From the NCBI GenBank assembly GCA_902515455.1, contig CABXUO010000001.1:7297-71296 (forward strand): a stretch of DNA of 64,000 nt, written 5' to 3'. The first letter of the stretch is position 1; every line of letters starts with the position of its first letter. The notes under the pieces were generated by a model. The model had not been told where the DNA came from. It worked only from the letters and a program-made list of their open reading frames with translations, and made no database searches. Shown here piece by piece: positions 30,112 to 40,163 of this stretch. Made by a program: the position numbers and the translations under genes. The DNA comes from an uncultured SAR86 cluster bacterium. GTDB taxonomy: Bacteria; Pseudomonadota; Gammaproteobacteria; Magnimaribacterales; D2472.

Positions 30112-31356
30112 ATGATTGATACAAATTTAATAAAGAATAACTCTCAGATTGTCATTGAGAATCTTAAATCTAGAAATTATGACTTAGATTTTAAATTGTA
30201 TGAAAGTTTAGAATCCGATAGAAAAAAATATCAGACTGAAACTGAAAATTTACAGGCGCAGCGTAAAACACTTTCACAGGAATTTGGAATACTGAAAAAA
30301 GAAGGTAGGGATGATCCAGAGCTTAGCAAAAATATTGAATCTGTTAACAATGATCTCGAAGTCTGCTCAAGTAAGCTAAATGAAGTCCAACAAGGTTTAA
30401 ATGAATTATTATTAGATATACCCAACCTTTCAGATAAATCTGTTCCAATAGGCTTAAATGAAGCTAATAACGTAAAAATTAGAGAGTGTGGCCAGCCAAA
30501 AATTTTAAAAGGGAAGGATCATCTAGATATAACATCAATGATTGATACAGAATCAGCAAATCTGCTTGCCGGATCTCGTTTTGCAGTTCTGAAAGCAGAA
30601 ATAGCTAAATTACAGCGAGCATTAATAGCTTTTATGTTAGATAAGGCCTCAGAGCATGGATACATTGAACATTATTTACCTATGATTTCAAATAGTGCAT
30701 CTCTAACTTCTACTGGTCAGTTACCAAAATTCTCAGATGATCTATTTCAGCTTAATGATGATTATTTTTTAATACCAACCGCTGAAGTGCCTCTAACTAA
30801 TTTATTTAGAGACAAGATTCTAGATATTGATAAATTACCTTTAAAATTAACCGCTCATACCAGTTGTTTTAGGTCCGAGGCTGGGAGTTATGGAAAAGAT
30901 ACAAAGGGATTAATCAGACAACATCAATTTGAAAAAGTTGAGTTAGTGCAAATTTGTCATCCAGATCATTCATTTAAAGCATTAGAGGAACTTACATCAC
31001 ATGCTGAAGCAGTTCTAATTGAGCTTAATCTTCCATATCAAGTTGTTGAATTATGTTCTGGAGATTTGGGCTTTTCTGCTGCCAAAACCTATGATCTTGA
31101 GGTATGGATTCCAAGTCAAGAATCCTATAGAGAGATATCTTCATGCTCAAATTGTACTGATTTTCAAGCTAGAAGAGCCAAGATGAGATTTAAAGAGGAA
31201 GGTAAATCAAAATTTGTACACACACTCAACGGTTCTGCACTGGCTGCAGGCAGAGCTCTAATTGCAATTATTGAAAATAATTTTGATCAAAAAAGTAAAA
31301 TTTCTATCCCAGAAGTGCTTCAAGATTATACAAAGTTCTCGCATATTGAAGTTTGA
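30112..31356 (+). CDS. serS: seryl-tRNA synthetase
   Basis: N-terminal coiled-coil arm and class II motifs (FRSEAGSYGKDTKGLIRQHQFEKVE, GSALAAGR). Confidence 0.95.
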   Translation: MIDTNLIKNNSQIVIENLKSRNYDLDFKLYESLESDRKKYQTETENLQAQRKTLSQEFGILKKEGRDDPELSKNIESVNNDLEVCSSKLNEVQQGLNELLLDIPNLSDKSVPIGLNEANNVKIRECGQPKILKGKDHLDITSMIDTESANLLAGSRFAVLKAEIAKLQRALIAFMLDKASEHGYIEHYLPMISNSASLTSTGQLPKFSDDLFQLNDDYFLIPTAEVPLTNLFRDKILDIDKLPLKLTAHTSCFRSEAGSYGKDTKGLIRQHQFEKVELVQICHPDHSFKALEELTSHAEAVLIELNLPYQVVELCSGDLGFSAAKTYDLEVWIPSQESYREISSCSNCTDFQARRAKMRFKEEGKSKFVHTLNGSALAAGRALIAIIENNFDQKSKISIPEVLQDYTKFSHIEV

Positions 31357-31454
31357 TAAAAATTTACATAATGTTGCAGAATTGTTCCTTTTAATAATTA
31401 TCAAAGAGGTATAGAATTAATCCGTCGTCTTTATTTTAATTTTTAGAGGAAATT

Positions 31455-34400
31455 ATGAAATTATTACGAAACTTTTTTATGATTGCAGCCTTAATTGCAA
31501 TCCCAGCCTTTGGACAAGAACTTACTTCAGATATCACTGGTGTAGTTAGTGACTCTTCTGGAACTCCTTTAGGTGGCGCTAATGTAACCGTTACTTATAA
31601 ACCAACAAATTCAACTTTTTCAAGAACTACAAATTCAAGTGGAAGGTTTAATGCTGGTGGTTTAAAGCCTGGTGGTCCATATGAAGTATCTGTTAGATCA
31701 GGTCAGTATAATTCTGAGACTGTATCAGGAATCACTCTTATTGTTGGAGATACAAAAAGAATTAATTTTGTTCTAGAAACAATTGATGAGGTGGTGGTAG
31801 TTGCATCAGCAGGAACAACTCTTGATACCGGTTATGGTTTTGGAACTGCACTAACTGCTAAGGATATTGAACAAACTGCTTCAGTCCAAAGAGATTTAAA
31901 AGATTTTATTAGATTGAACCCACTTGTTTCTCTTGATGATGCTCAAGAAAATTATGAGGCTATTTCTATTGCAGGGGCTCATCCTAGAACAAACGATCTA
32001 AGGGTAGATGGAGTTTCTTTTAACGATGATTTTGGTTTGAATGACAATGGTTATCCTTCTCAGAGAAGCCCAATTTCATTGAATGCCATTGAACAGCTTG
32101 CTGTAAAAGTCGCACCGGCATCGGTGGAATATTCTGGTTTTAGAGGCGGGGTAATTGAAGTTATTACAAAATCAGGAACCAATGAATTTACTGGAGAGGT
32201 ATTTAGCTATGATAGAGGTGATTCATTCATGGGCGATGAATCAAATGGCGACGTCTATACATTTGATCTAGATGATACTTCAGAAGGTTTTGCCTTTGGT
32301 GGACCCATTATAAAAGATAAGGCTTTCTTTTATGTTACATACGAAGAAGCTGAGATTTCAAAACCAATCACACACGGGCCTATAGGCTCCGGTCTTCCTA
32401 ACAACATCAGAATTACAACTGACGAAGTTGCCAATATTAGACAAATTACTCAGGATGTATACGGTTTTGATCCATTAGGCTATACCGGTTCAAATGTATC
32501 TATGCAAGAATTCACAACTGTAAGACTGGATTATGATCTAAATGATGCACATAGATTAACTGTGAACTATAAAGAAGTAGACAGCAGTAAACTTAATGGG
32601 GCTAACAGAAGTTCAAGTACTATGACTTTTTCCTCTGCAGAGTACCAAAAAGGTGAAGTCACAGAAACAACTGGTATGCTTTTAGTATCTAATTGGTCTG
32701 ACGATTTCATCACAGAATTCAGTTACTCGACTAAAGAACAACTTACATCTCAACAGTCTCCAGTAGGCCAGGGTCTTCCTTCATTCACTATTAATGATTG
32801 CGGTGCTCAAGGCATACGTTGTGCTTTAGGGCCAGATGTATTTAGATCAGCTAATCAATTAGCTACTGAAACAACTTTTACTAAACTTAAAGGTACTTAT
32901 TATATGGGTAATCATAAGTTTACTTTTGGGTATGAAAATAAATTATGGGATATTTATAATGTATTTATAGAAGCACAGGATGGTGCATATGAATTTGAAG
33001 GTTTAGCAAATTATCAAGCGCAGATTGCTTCAAGCTTTGAATACTCAAATTCACGTGATTTAACAGAACAAGGCGGCGCCGCTGTGTTTGAGTACTATTT
33101 AGATTCTTTTTATATTCAAGATGAAATAGATATTTCTGAAAAACTAAATGTTTTGGTTGGTATTCGATATGATGAATTCGACTCAGACGACTCACCAGCT
33201 GTTAACCAAGGATTTGTAGATGCATATGGATTTGCAAATGGAGGCATCTCTGGAACTAATCTTCTTAATTACAGATTAAGTTTTGATTATGAAATTGATG
33301 AGGTCAGCAGATTAAAGGGTTTATTTGGAACTTTTTCTTCTAAGCTACCTACCGTTTGGATATCAAATGCATACACAAATGATGGAACCAGAATTGCTCA
33401 ATATAATTCTGCTAATGCTGCAGCAGGCTGTAATCCTCTTGTGAATGTATCTACAACAATGCCTAGCTGTGTTAATGATGCAATCGTAAATGCGCCATTG
33501 TTAGCTGCTAAGGTAGATTTCATAGCACCAAGTTTTGAATGGCCTGAGACTCAGACATTCAACCTAACATATGAGAGAGAAATGGGTGACTGGCTACTTA
33601 CATCTACTTACTTAAATTCTAAGCAAGATGAGGCAAATTATAGAATTCTAGATGCTGGTACTGGTGTTATAGGAGATAGGGCCTTGCCTGCAGTTCTTAC
33701 CGCTCCGGATGGAAGACCGATACTAAGTCAATCTGAGTCGCAGTTTAAGACCACAAAGTTTGGTTTGTATACTAATAGCGGTGCTCAGCGTGAAGTTTTC
33801 TCAGTTCAAATGTCAAGGTTTTTTAATGATGGTGAGGGAGCATTCTCTATTGGATATACTCATCAAAATATCGACATGATATGTAGTATGCAATCTTCTA
33901 CTTCTCATTCAAACTATGGAAAATGTCCTGCATCAGATTTCCAGTATAGATCTGCTTCAAGATCAATTTATGAAACTGAGCATAGACTTTTCGCAACTTT
34001 ATCATCAACGCATTACTTCTTTGGTCCTGAAAGTCCAACCACTTTTAATCTTTTCTTTGAAAGAAAATCTGGTTTACCAGGAACATTATCTTTTGATACT
34101 TTTTCAAGTCCAGGAAGATATCAAACTCAAGCATTCGGTCATGAGAGAAGAACTAATGATGACAGTGCGCAACTTTTATATATACCTAGTGGTGTAGATG
34201 ACCCTCTGGTTTGTTTTGTTTCATGTACATCTCCTGACTTAGCAGTAGCTGGTGAAATATTAGATCTACTCTACAACACTTATGGTCTTGCTAATTATGC
34301 AGGTCAAATTGTTCCTCCTGGAGCGTTTGAATTCCCATATCAAACTACATTGGATCTTAAAATCACGCAGGTTCTTCCTGGATTTAGAGATGATGATGAG

Positions 34401-34664
34401 TTTGTAATCTCATTGGGAATCGAAAATTTACTCAACTTACTTGATAATAATGAGGGTGAGATTTTCTATGGTGATTACACAGGTAAAATTCCAGTCTTGG
34501 ACCTTCAACTGACATCAGATCTATCTAGATACATTTACGGAAACAGCAGAGGTGCCGATTATGCATTTAGATATAATCCAAACGATCCTTATGACTTGAG
34601 TAAATCAGCTGTTAACAGTATATGGAGAGCTCAATTAGGTTTTACTTATAGATTCTCACTATAA
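31455..34664 (+). CDS. TonB-dependent receptor with an N-terminal carboxypeptidase-regulatory-like domain
   Basis: Signal peptide, the CarboxypepD_reg pattern (GVVSDSSGTPLGGANVTV), plug-like region, and a long beta-barrel with a Tyr/Phe-rich C-terminus. Confidence 0.85.
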   Translation: MKLLRNFFMIAALIAIPAFGQELTSDITGVVSDSSGTPLGGANVTVTYKPTNSTFSRTTNSSGRFNAGGLKPGGPYEVSVRSGQYNSETVSGITLIVGDTKRINFVLETIDEVVVVASAGTTLDTGYGFGTALTAKDIEQTASVQRDLKDFIRLNPLVSLDDAQENYEAISIAGAHPRTNDLRVDGVSFNDDFGLNDNGYPSQRSPISLNAIEQLAVKVAPASVEYSGFRGGVIEVITKSGTNEFTGEVFSYDRGDSFMGDESNGDVYTFDLDDTSEGFAFGGPIIKDKAFFYVTYEEAEISKPITHGPIGSGLPNNIRITTDEVANIRQITQDVYGFDPLGYTGSNVSMQEFTTVRLDYDLNDAHRLTVNYKEVDSSKLNGANRSSSTMTFSSAEYQKGEVTETTGMLLVSNWSDDFITEFSYSTKEQLTSQQSPVGQGLPSFTINDCGAQGIRCALGPDVFRSANQLATETTFTKLKGTYYMGNHKFTFGYENKLWDIYNVFIEAQDGAYEFEGLANYQAQIASSFEYSNSRDLTEQGGAAVFEYYLDSFYIQDEIDISEKLNVLVGIRYDEFDSDDSPAVNQGFVDAYGFANGGISGTNLLNYRLSFDYEIDEVSRLKGLFGTFSSKLPTVWISNAYTNDGTRIAQYNSANAAAGCNPLVNVSTTMPSCVNDAIVNAPLLAAKVDFIAPSFEWPETQTFNLTYEREMGDWLLTSTYLNSKQDEANYRILDAGTGVIGDRALPAVLTAPDGRPILSQSESQFKTTKFGLYTNSGAQREVFSVQMSRFFNDGEGAFSIGYTHQNIDMICSMQSSTSHSNYGKCPASDFQYRSASRSIYETEHRLFATLSSTHYFFGPESPTTFNLFFERKSGLPGTLSFDTFSSPGRYQTQAFGHERRTNDDSAQLLYIPSGVDDPLVCFVSCTSPDLAVAGEILDLLYNTYGLANYAGQIVPPGAFEFPYQTTLDLKITQVLPGFRDDDEFVISLGIENLLNLLDNNEGEIFYGDYTGKIPVLDLQLTSDLSRYIYGNSRGADYAFRYNPNDPYDLSKSAVNSIWRAQLGFTYRFSL

Positions 34665-34682
34665 GTTTGTAAACTAAATTAA

Positions 34683-34709
34683 AAGGGCGGTTGTACCGTC
34701 CTTTTTTTT
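34683..34709 (+). terminator. Rho-independent terminator
   Basis: AAGGGCGG-ttgta-CCGTCCTT stem (one G-U pair) followed by T8, 19 nt after the receptor stop. Confidence 0.75.
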
Positions 34710-34724
34710 GTTAAACTAATTTTT

Positions 34725-35630
34725 ATGTCATTTAACTCAATTCCAGTCTTTTCAATGCCAGACATTGAAAATCGAAATCAAGAGACCATTGATAGTCTTT
34801 ATAAAGCGCTAACTACTCACGGATTTTTTACAATTACAGATCATGGGATTAAGGATGAGGTTTTAGCCTCTAGTTATAAAGTAAGTAAAGAATTTTTCGA
34901 TCTCTCTGAAGATATAAAAAACAACTATGCTCACCCTGAAGTAGCAGGCGCCAGAGGATACACGCCATTTGGCAAAGAAACAGCTGTTGGTGAAAAAACT
35001 CCTGATTTAAAAGAATTTTGGCATCATGGCCCAGTCATTGATGAATCATTTGATGATAGAGTTCCTAAAAACATATTTGTTTCTGAGCTTGCAGATTTTA
35101 ATGGCCAATTTGATCTGCTATTCAATCAACTTAATATGCTTGGAATAAAGGTTTTAAGTGCTATAGCAGTTACCCTAGGCAAGGATCCTGATTTTTTTGA
35201 TAACTGGGCTTTAAAAGGTAACTCAATATTGAGACTGATTCATTATCCACCTATCAATGATAATACAAACATCATGCGAGCTAGAGCTCATGCAGACATA
35301 AATTTAATCACTTTATTAGTTGGCGCTGAAGAGTCTGGCCTTGAAGTTCAAAACTCCTCTGGTGGATGGATACCAATTCAGGCAAAGAGTAAATCAATAG
35401 TTTGCAATATTGGAGATATGATGCAGTTAGTTACTCGTTCTAAACTAAAAAGCACTAGCCATCGTGTTGTTGATCACAATGTTGATAAATCTTCGTCCCG
35501 TTATAGCATGCCTTTCTTTCTCCATCCTTCGCCTGATATAGAACTATGTTCCATCGTTGATGATTCAGCAGATTCTATAAGTGCTCATGACTTCCTAGAG
35601 GAGAGACTCAGAGCAATTAAGCTATACTAA
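34725..35630 (+). CDS. 2-oxoglutarate/Fe(II)-dependent oxygenase (isopenicillin N synthase-like family)
   Basis: N-terminal non-haem dioxygenase region (LTTHGFFTITDHGI). HxD...H facial triad candidates (AHADINL ... TSHRV). Confidence 0.7.
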   Translation: MSFNSIPVFSMPDIENRNQETIDSLYKALTTHGFFTITDHGIKDEVLASSYKVSKEFFDLSEDIKNNYAHPEVAGARGYTPFGKETAVGEKTPDLKEFWHHGPVIDESFDDRVPKNIFVSELADFNGQFDLLFNQLNMLGIKVLSAIAVTLGKDPDFFDNWALKGNSILRLIHYPPINDNTNIMRARAHADINLITLLVGAEESGLEVQNSSGGWIPIQAKSKSIVCNIGDMMQLVTRSKLKSTSHRVVDHNVDKSSSRYSMPFFLHPSPDIELCSIVDDSADSISAHDFLEERLRAIKLY

Positions 35631-35633
35631 ATC

Positions 35634-36896
35634 ATGACAATAATATCGATAATTCAAATTATCATTGGCTTTATAGGTCTTGTCTTTATTGCTATACCTT
35701 TTTCACAAAACATAAGATCGATTAACTATAAACACATTCTTGCTGCGATATTTCTTCAAATTGCATTAGCTTTTGCTCTTTTAAAGATACCTTTCATTGT
35801 TCAAATCTTTGCATATCTTTCTGAAGGTGTTACTGCATTACAGTTAGCTACTCAGGAGGGAGCTGAATTTGTATTTGGCTATCTCAGCAATGGCTCATTA
35901 TCTCCATTCGAAAAATCTGGACAAGGAAATCCAATGATATTTGCATTCCAAATATTACCTTTGATTATTGTGATATCTAGTCTTTCCGCATTGCTTTGGT
36001 TTTGGAATATATTGCCACTAATTATTCGGTCAATATCCAAAATATTTGAAAAATTATTTAACATTGGCGGTCCCATTGGATTGGGAGCAACTGCAAATAT
36101 TATTATGGGTCAAGTAGAAGCGCCGCTTCTTGTAAGACCATATTTATCTAGAATGAGCGAGAAAGAATTATTAATTTTGATGACTGCAGGTATGTCTACT
36201 GTATCTGGATCTATCATGATTGCGTTAGTATCAATGCTATCTCCTCAATTCCCAGATATAAATCTAATTCAGCATCTTGTTTCAGCCTCAATTTTATCTA
36301 TACCAGCAGCAATAATGTATGCCAATATTATGATCCCATCTTCAAAGATAACTAATTTTGATGGAAGTTCTGTGCCCAAGGTTTACGATAGTTCTATGGA
36401 TGCAATTACTAGGGGCACAAGGGATGGTCTTGAAATTTGTTTGAATGTTGCAGCTATATTAATTGCTTTTATAGCTCTAGTTTCTTTGCTTAATTCAATT
36501 CTTGGCATTGCAGGAAATTGGATTGGAGTTAATGATTTATCTTTGCAGTTAATACTAGGCTATATATTTTTTCCAATTGTTTGGTTAATGGGCGTCCCTA
36601 TATCAGAAGCTTTGCCTGCTGCCGAATTATTAGGACTTAAAACCGCTCTTAATGAGTTTGTAGCATATGGCGCACTGGCAAATATTGAACCAGATATATT
36701 CTCTGAAAGATCAAAGCTTATTACTTTGTATGCATTATGCGGTTTTGCTAATTTTTCTTCTGTTGGAATCCTTGTCACAGGAATTAGTGCCATGGCGCCT
36801 GAAAGAAAAAATGATTTAATAAAGGTATCTATAAAAGCTTTGATTGGAGCTACTTTAGCCTCTTGTATGACCGGTTTGGTTATAGGCTTATTTTAA
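35634..36896 (+). CDS. concentrative nucleoside transporter (NupC/CNT family)
   Basis: Polytopic protein of about 420 aa. GAEFVFGYL, the MGQVEAPLLVRPYL motif and a C-terminal ALCGFANFSSVGI are typical of the CNT family. Confidence 0.8.
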   Translation: MTIISIIQIIIGFIGLVFIAIPFSQNIRSINYKHILAAIFLQIALAFALLKIPFIVQIFAYLSEGVTALQLATQEGAEFVFGYLSNGSLSPFEKSGQGNPMIFAFQILPLIIVISSLSALLWFWNILPLIIRSISKIFEKLFNIGGPIGLGATANIIMGQVEAPLLVRPYLSRMSEKELLILMTAGMSTVSGSIMIALVSMLSPQFPDINLIQHLVSASILSIPAAIMYANIMIPSSKITNFDGSSVPKVYDSSMDAITRGTRDGLEICLNVAAILIAFIALVSLLNSILGIAGNWIGVNDLSLQLILGYIFFPIVWLMGVPISEALPAAELLGLKTALNEFVAYGALANIEPDIFSERSKLITLYALCGFANFSSVGILVTGISAMAPERKNDLIKVSIKALIGATLASCMTGLVIGLF

Positions 36897-37324
36897 TTGA
36901 GCCAGATAATTGAAGCATTTAAAAATGTTGCAAATATAAGCCATAAAAGATAGGGTAAATAAACATAAAATAATACTCTTGAATTAATTTGTATTATTTT
37001 TAATATTTTTTGATTTAAATAAATTAGAATTACTATATCAATTAATGCAATTACCGGAGATTGAAAAAAAAAGAAAATCCATGACCAAGCTGCATTTAGT
37101 ATTAATTGTAAAATAAAGATCGAACTAAATTTATCTCCCACTCTAAAGGAAACAACAGCCATCATTAGATATAAAATTGGCCAAACAATACCAAATATAT
37201 AGCTTGGAGGATTTAGCGGACTTTTAATTAGTTCTGAATACCAAGTATCAGAGCTTATATATGTATTTGCAAGAGATCCAATTATTGAAGTTAAAATTAC
37301 CAGTAAAGGCAAAATATATTTCAT
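36893..37324 (-). CDS. tspO: TspO/MBR tryptophan-rich sensory protein
   Basis: 5-TM, 143 aa, with W..L.KSPLNPPSYIFGIVWPILY and NAAWSWIFF motifs. Confidence 0.8.
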   Translation of the reverse strand: MKYILPLLVILTSIIGSLANTYISSDTWYSELIKSPLNPPSYIFGIVWPILYLMMAVVSFRVGDKFSSIFILQLILNAAWSWIFFFFQSPVIALIDIVILIYLNQKILKIIQINSRVLFYVYLPYLLWLIFATFLNASIIWLN

Positions 37325-37328
37325 TACT

Positions 37329-38441
37329 TTAATCTTTTTCTAGCAATATTGAACAAATTGAGTATCCAGCGCCAAAAGAACAAATAATTCCCTTTTGACC
37401 ATCATCCAATTGATTGTATTTATGAAAAGCTATGATCGATCCAGCTGAGCTTGTATTAGCATATTCATCTAAAACGATAGGAGCACGATCAGAAGAGAAA
37501 TCATCACCTAATAATTTTTTTATTACGTATGAATTCATGTTGATATTTGCTTGATGAAGCCAATACCGTTCGATATCTTCAGGAGATAAACTATGTTCAT
37601 TAAGTTGTTCCAAAATCAATGAAGAAACAAATGGCATTACCTCTTTGAATACCCGTCTACCATTTTGAACAAATAATTGTTCAGCCTCAGAATACTTCTT
37701 GTCTTCAATAGTATTCATATAACCAAAATTATTTCTAATATTATTAGAGAATGTAGTTTTAAGTTTTGTATCGATTATTTTAAATTTGTTTTTCGCTTTC
37801 GAGGCTTTCTCAATTACAACAGCCGTACAAACATCTCCAAATATAAAATGACCATCTCTATTTTTGAAATTATTATGTCCAGAAGTGATTTCAGGACTTA
37901 TCACTAAAATTTTTGAAGATTTCCCAGCTTTGATATCGCTATATGCATTATTTATTCCAAAAGTAGAGGCTGAGCAGCCTACCATCATATCGTATGCAAA
38001 ACCCTCAATCCCTAATTCATTTTGAACTTCGATTGCTACAGCAGGATAGGCTCTTTGCAGATTAGCAGCAGAAACAATTACGCAGTCTATATCAGAAGGT
38101 TTTAGACCTGCGTTTTCCAGAGCCTGCCTAGCAGCTATAACACTTACTTCTGCAGAAAATGATAATTCATCATCAGCTCTGGCCTCTATCATAGGCTTCA
38201 TACGCTTTGGGTCTAACAAGGAATCCTTTTCTATGACATATCTACTTTTAATGCCTGATGCTTTAACTATAAACTCACTTGATGAATGCTCTAGAGCATC
38301 AATATCACCAGTATTTATTTGATCTGCATTTTCTGCGTTGAATAAATCAACATATTGATTGAATGATTTTACAAGCTCATCGTTAGATATTTTGTGGGGT
38401 GGAGTCCAAACTCCAGTTCCCGAAATGTGTATATCTTCCAT
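37329..38441 (-). CDS. beta-ketoacyl-ACP synthase III-like condensing enzyme
   Basis: Cys-His-Asn triad candidates (MVGCSAS, WLHQANINMN, YANTSSAGS). About 370-aa long-form KAS III. Confidence 0.75.
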   Translation of the reverse strand: MEDIHISGTGVWTPPHKISNDELVKSFNQYVDLFNAENADQINTGDIDALEHSSSEFIVKASGIKSRYVIEKDSLLDPKRMKPMIEARADDELSFSAEVSVIAARQALENAGLKPSDIDCVIVSAANLQRAYPAVAIEVQNELGIEGFAYDMMVGCSASTFGINNAYSDIKAGKSSKILVISPEITSGHNNFKNRDGHFIFGDVCTAVVIEKASKAKNKFKIIDTKLKTTFSNNIRNNFGYMNTIEDKKYSEAEQLFVQNGRRVFKEVMPFVSSLILEQLNEHSLSPEDIERYWLHQANINMNSYVIKKLLGDDFSSDRAPIVLDEYANTSSAGSIIAFHKYNQLDDGQKGIICSFGAGYSICSILLEKD

Positions 38442-38476
38442 ATGTTTCCCCTGAATACATGTTATTTTATATTCTT

Positions 38477-39388
38477 ATGGAGAAAATACCATTAGATACA
38501 ATTTCTGGATTAAATCATGTGTTTAATCTTCATTATTCGTCTGCTGACAAAGTCATTGGCTTGATTCAAATATCTCATGGTATGGCAGAACATAAAGCCA
38601 GATATTTAACTCTTATTAATTATTTTAATCAACATGGATATCACGTAGCTATACATGATCATAGAGGTCATGGCGATAGAATCATTGATAATAAGATTGG
38701 ATTCTTTAATAAGTGTGATGGTTGGGAGTTGGTTGTTATGGATTTACTTAAAGTTCATGAGGAAACAAACAAATTATTTCCTATGCTTCCAAAAATTTTA
38801 TTGGGTCATAGCATGGGTTCATGGATCGCATTATCAGCCCTGCAAAAAAAACCACAATTCAATGCAGCTTTAATATCTGGATCAAGCTACCCCAATATGT
38901 CTGAAACAATCCTACAAAAAATATTGTTAAAATTTGAAATATTGAGGCTTGGAAAAGAGGGTTATAGTAAATTTTTACATAAAATCATCTTTGGAGGTTT
39001 TAATTCAAGATTTAAAGATGCAATCACTTCTAACGATTGGCTATCAAGGGATAAGTTAAGTGTAGAAAATTATACAAAAGATCCTCTTTGCGGTTTTGTT
39101 GTATCAAATCAATTATGGGCCGATGTTATTAAGGGAATAGAATCGGTATTTAAAAAAGAAAATCTAGAATTATTGAATAAAAATATTTCTTTTTTAGTAT
39201 TATCAGGAACTCATGACCCAGTTAGCAATATGGGAAAAGGTGCAATCAAATTGAATGAATGTCTAAAATATCATGAATGTCAATCAGAGCTTTATCTTGT
39301 TGAAGGCGCTAGACATGAAACCCTTAATGAAACTAATAAGATGACGACTTATAATTACATTTTAGATTTTTTAGAAAAAAAACTTTAA
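38477..39388 (+). CDS. alpha/beta hydrolase (lysophospholipase / monoacylglycerol lipase-like)
   Basis: HGMAEH, GHSMGS nucleophile elbow and a late His. ATG at 38477 is preferred over the track start at 38399, which would overlap the divergent KAS III gene. Confidence 0.75.
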   Translation: MEKIPLDTISGLNHVFNLHYSSADKVIGLIQISHGMAEHKARYLTLINYFNQHGYHVAIHDHRGHGDRIIDNKIGFFNKCDGWELVVMDLLKVHEETNKLFPMLPKILLGHSMGSWIALSALQKKPQFNAALISGSSYPNMSETILQKILLKFEILRLGKEGYSKFLHKIIFGGFNSRFKDAITSNDWLSRDKLSVENYTKDPLCGFVVSNQLWADVIKGIESVFKKENLELLNKNISFLVLSGTHDPVSNMGKGAIKLNECLKYHECQSELYLVEGARHETLNETNKMTTYNYILDFLEKKL

Positions 39389-39396
39389 GGAGTGTA

Positions 39397-40158
39397 ATGG
39401 ATTTAGAAAATAAAGTATCCCTAGTTACTGGGGCGGGTCAGGGTATTGGTGAGGGTATAGCTAAGACGCTAGCTAAAAAAGGCTCCAAAGTTATAGTTGT
39501 TGATTTAAATCATGAATCATCAGCAAAAGTTGCTGAGGAGATTAATGATAAATTTCCAAATAGTGCATATAGTCTTCAAGCAGATCTTACAAAATCAGAT
39601 GAGATTAAACATATGCTTGAATTCGGTGTAACAAAATTTAGCAAGATTGATTGTATTTGTAATAATGCTGCTGCCTCAAGAGGTATTGGACCAGTTGAGA
39701 ATTACTCTCTTGAGGATGTGCAAGCTACAATCGATTTAACTTTTACTTGCTTATGGAAATGCCTCCAAGCCGAAATTAAATTTCTAAAGCAACAAGCTAT
39801 TTTAGCCTCAGTTGTAAATATTTCATCTAATTCAGCCATAAAAGGATATGCATTTAATTCTATATATGCTGCTAGTAAGGCTGCAGTCAATAATTTGACA
39901 CAATCAATTGCAAAGGAAATTGCTAGAAATGATATTAGAGTCAATGCTGTATCACCGGGAACAATTAATACTCCCGGTGTAAGAGAATACTTTAAAGCCG
40001 AGCCTAAAGCTAAAGAAATGCTTGAGAGATCATCCTTATTACGAAGAATCGGTGAAGCAGAGGAAGTTGGTGAATTGGTTGCGTTTCTTCTATCCGATAG
40101 ATCTTCATTTATTACTGGACAAATTATTTCAGTCGATGGAGGCGCTTCAATTGCTTAA
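39397..40158 (+). CDS. short-chain dehydrogenase/reductase (SDR)
   Basis: TGAGQGIGEG, NNAA and YAASKAA motifs. Confidence 0.85.
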   Translation: MDLENKVSLVTGAGQGIGEGIAKTLAKKGSKVIVVDLNHESSAKVAEEINDKFPNSAYSLQADLTKSDEIKHMLEFGVTKFSKIDCICNNAAASRGIGPVENYSLEDVQATIDLTFTCLWKCLQAEIKFLKQQAILASVVNISSNSAIKGYAFNSIYAASKAAVNNLTQSIAKEIARNDIRVNAVSPGTINTPGVREYFKAEPKAKEMLERSSLLRRIGEAEEVGELVAFLLSDRSSFITGQIISVDGGASIA

Positions 40159-40163
40159 ATTGC

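Noticed and set aside
38399-38476. Upstream start of the alpha/beta hydrolase overlapping the divergent KAS III gene
   Set aside because: The extension overlaps the KAS III start codon region on the other strand and encodes an implausible peptide. ATG 38477 gives a normal N-terminus.
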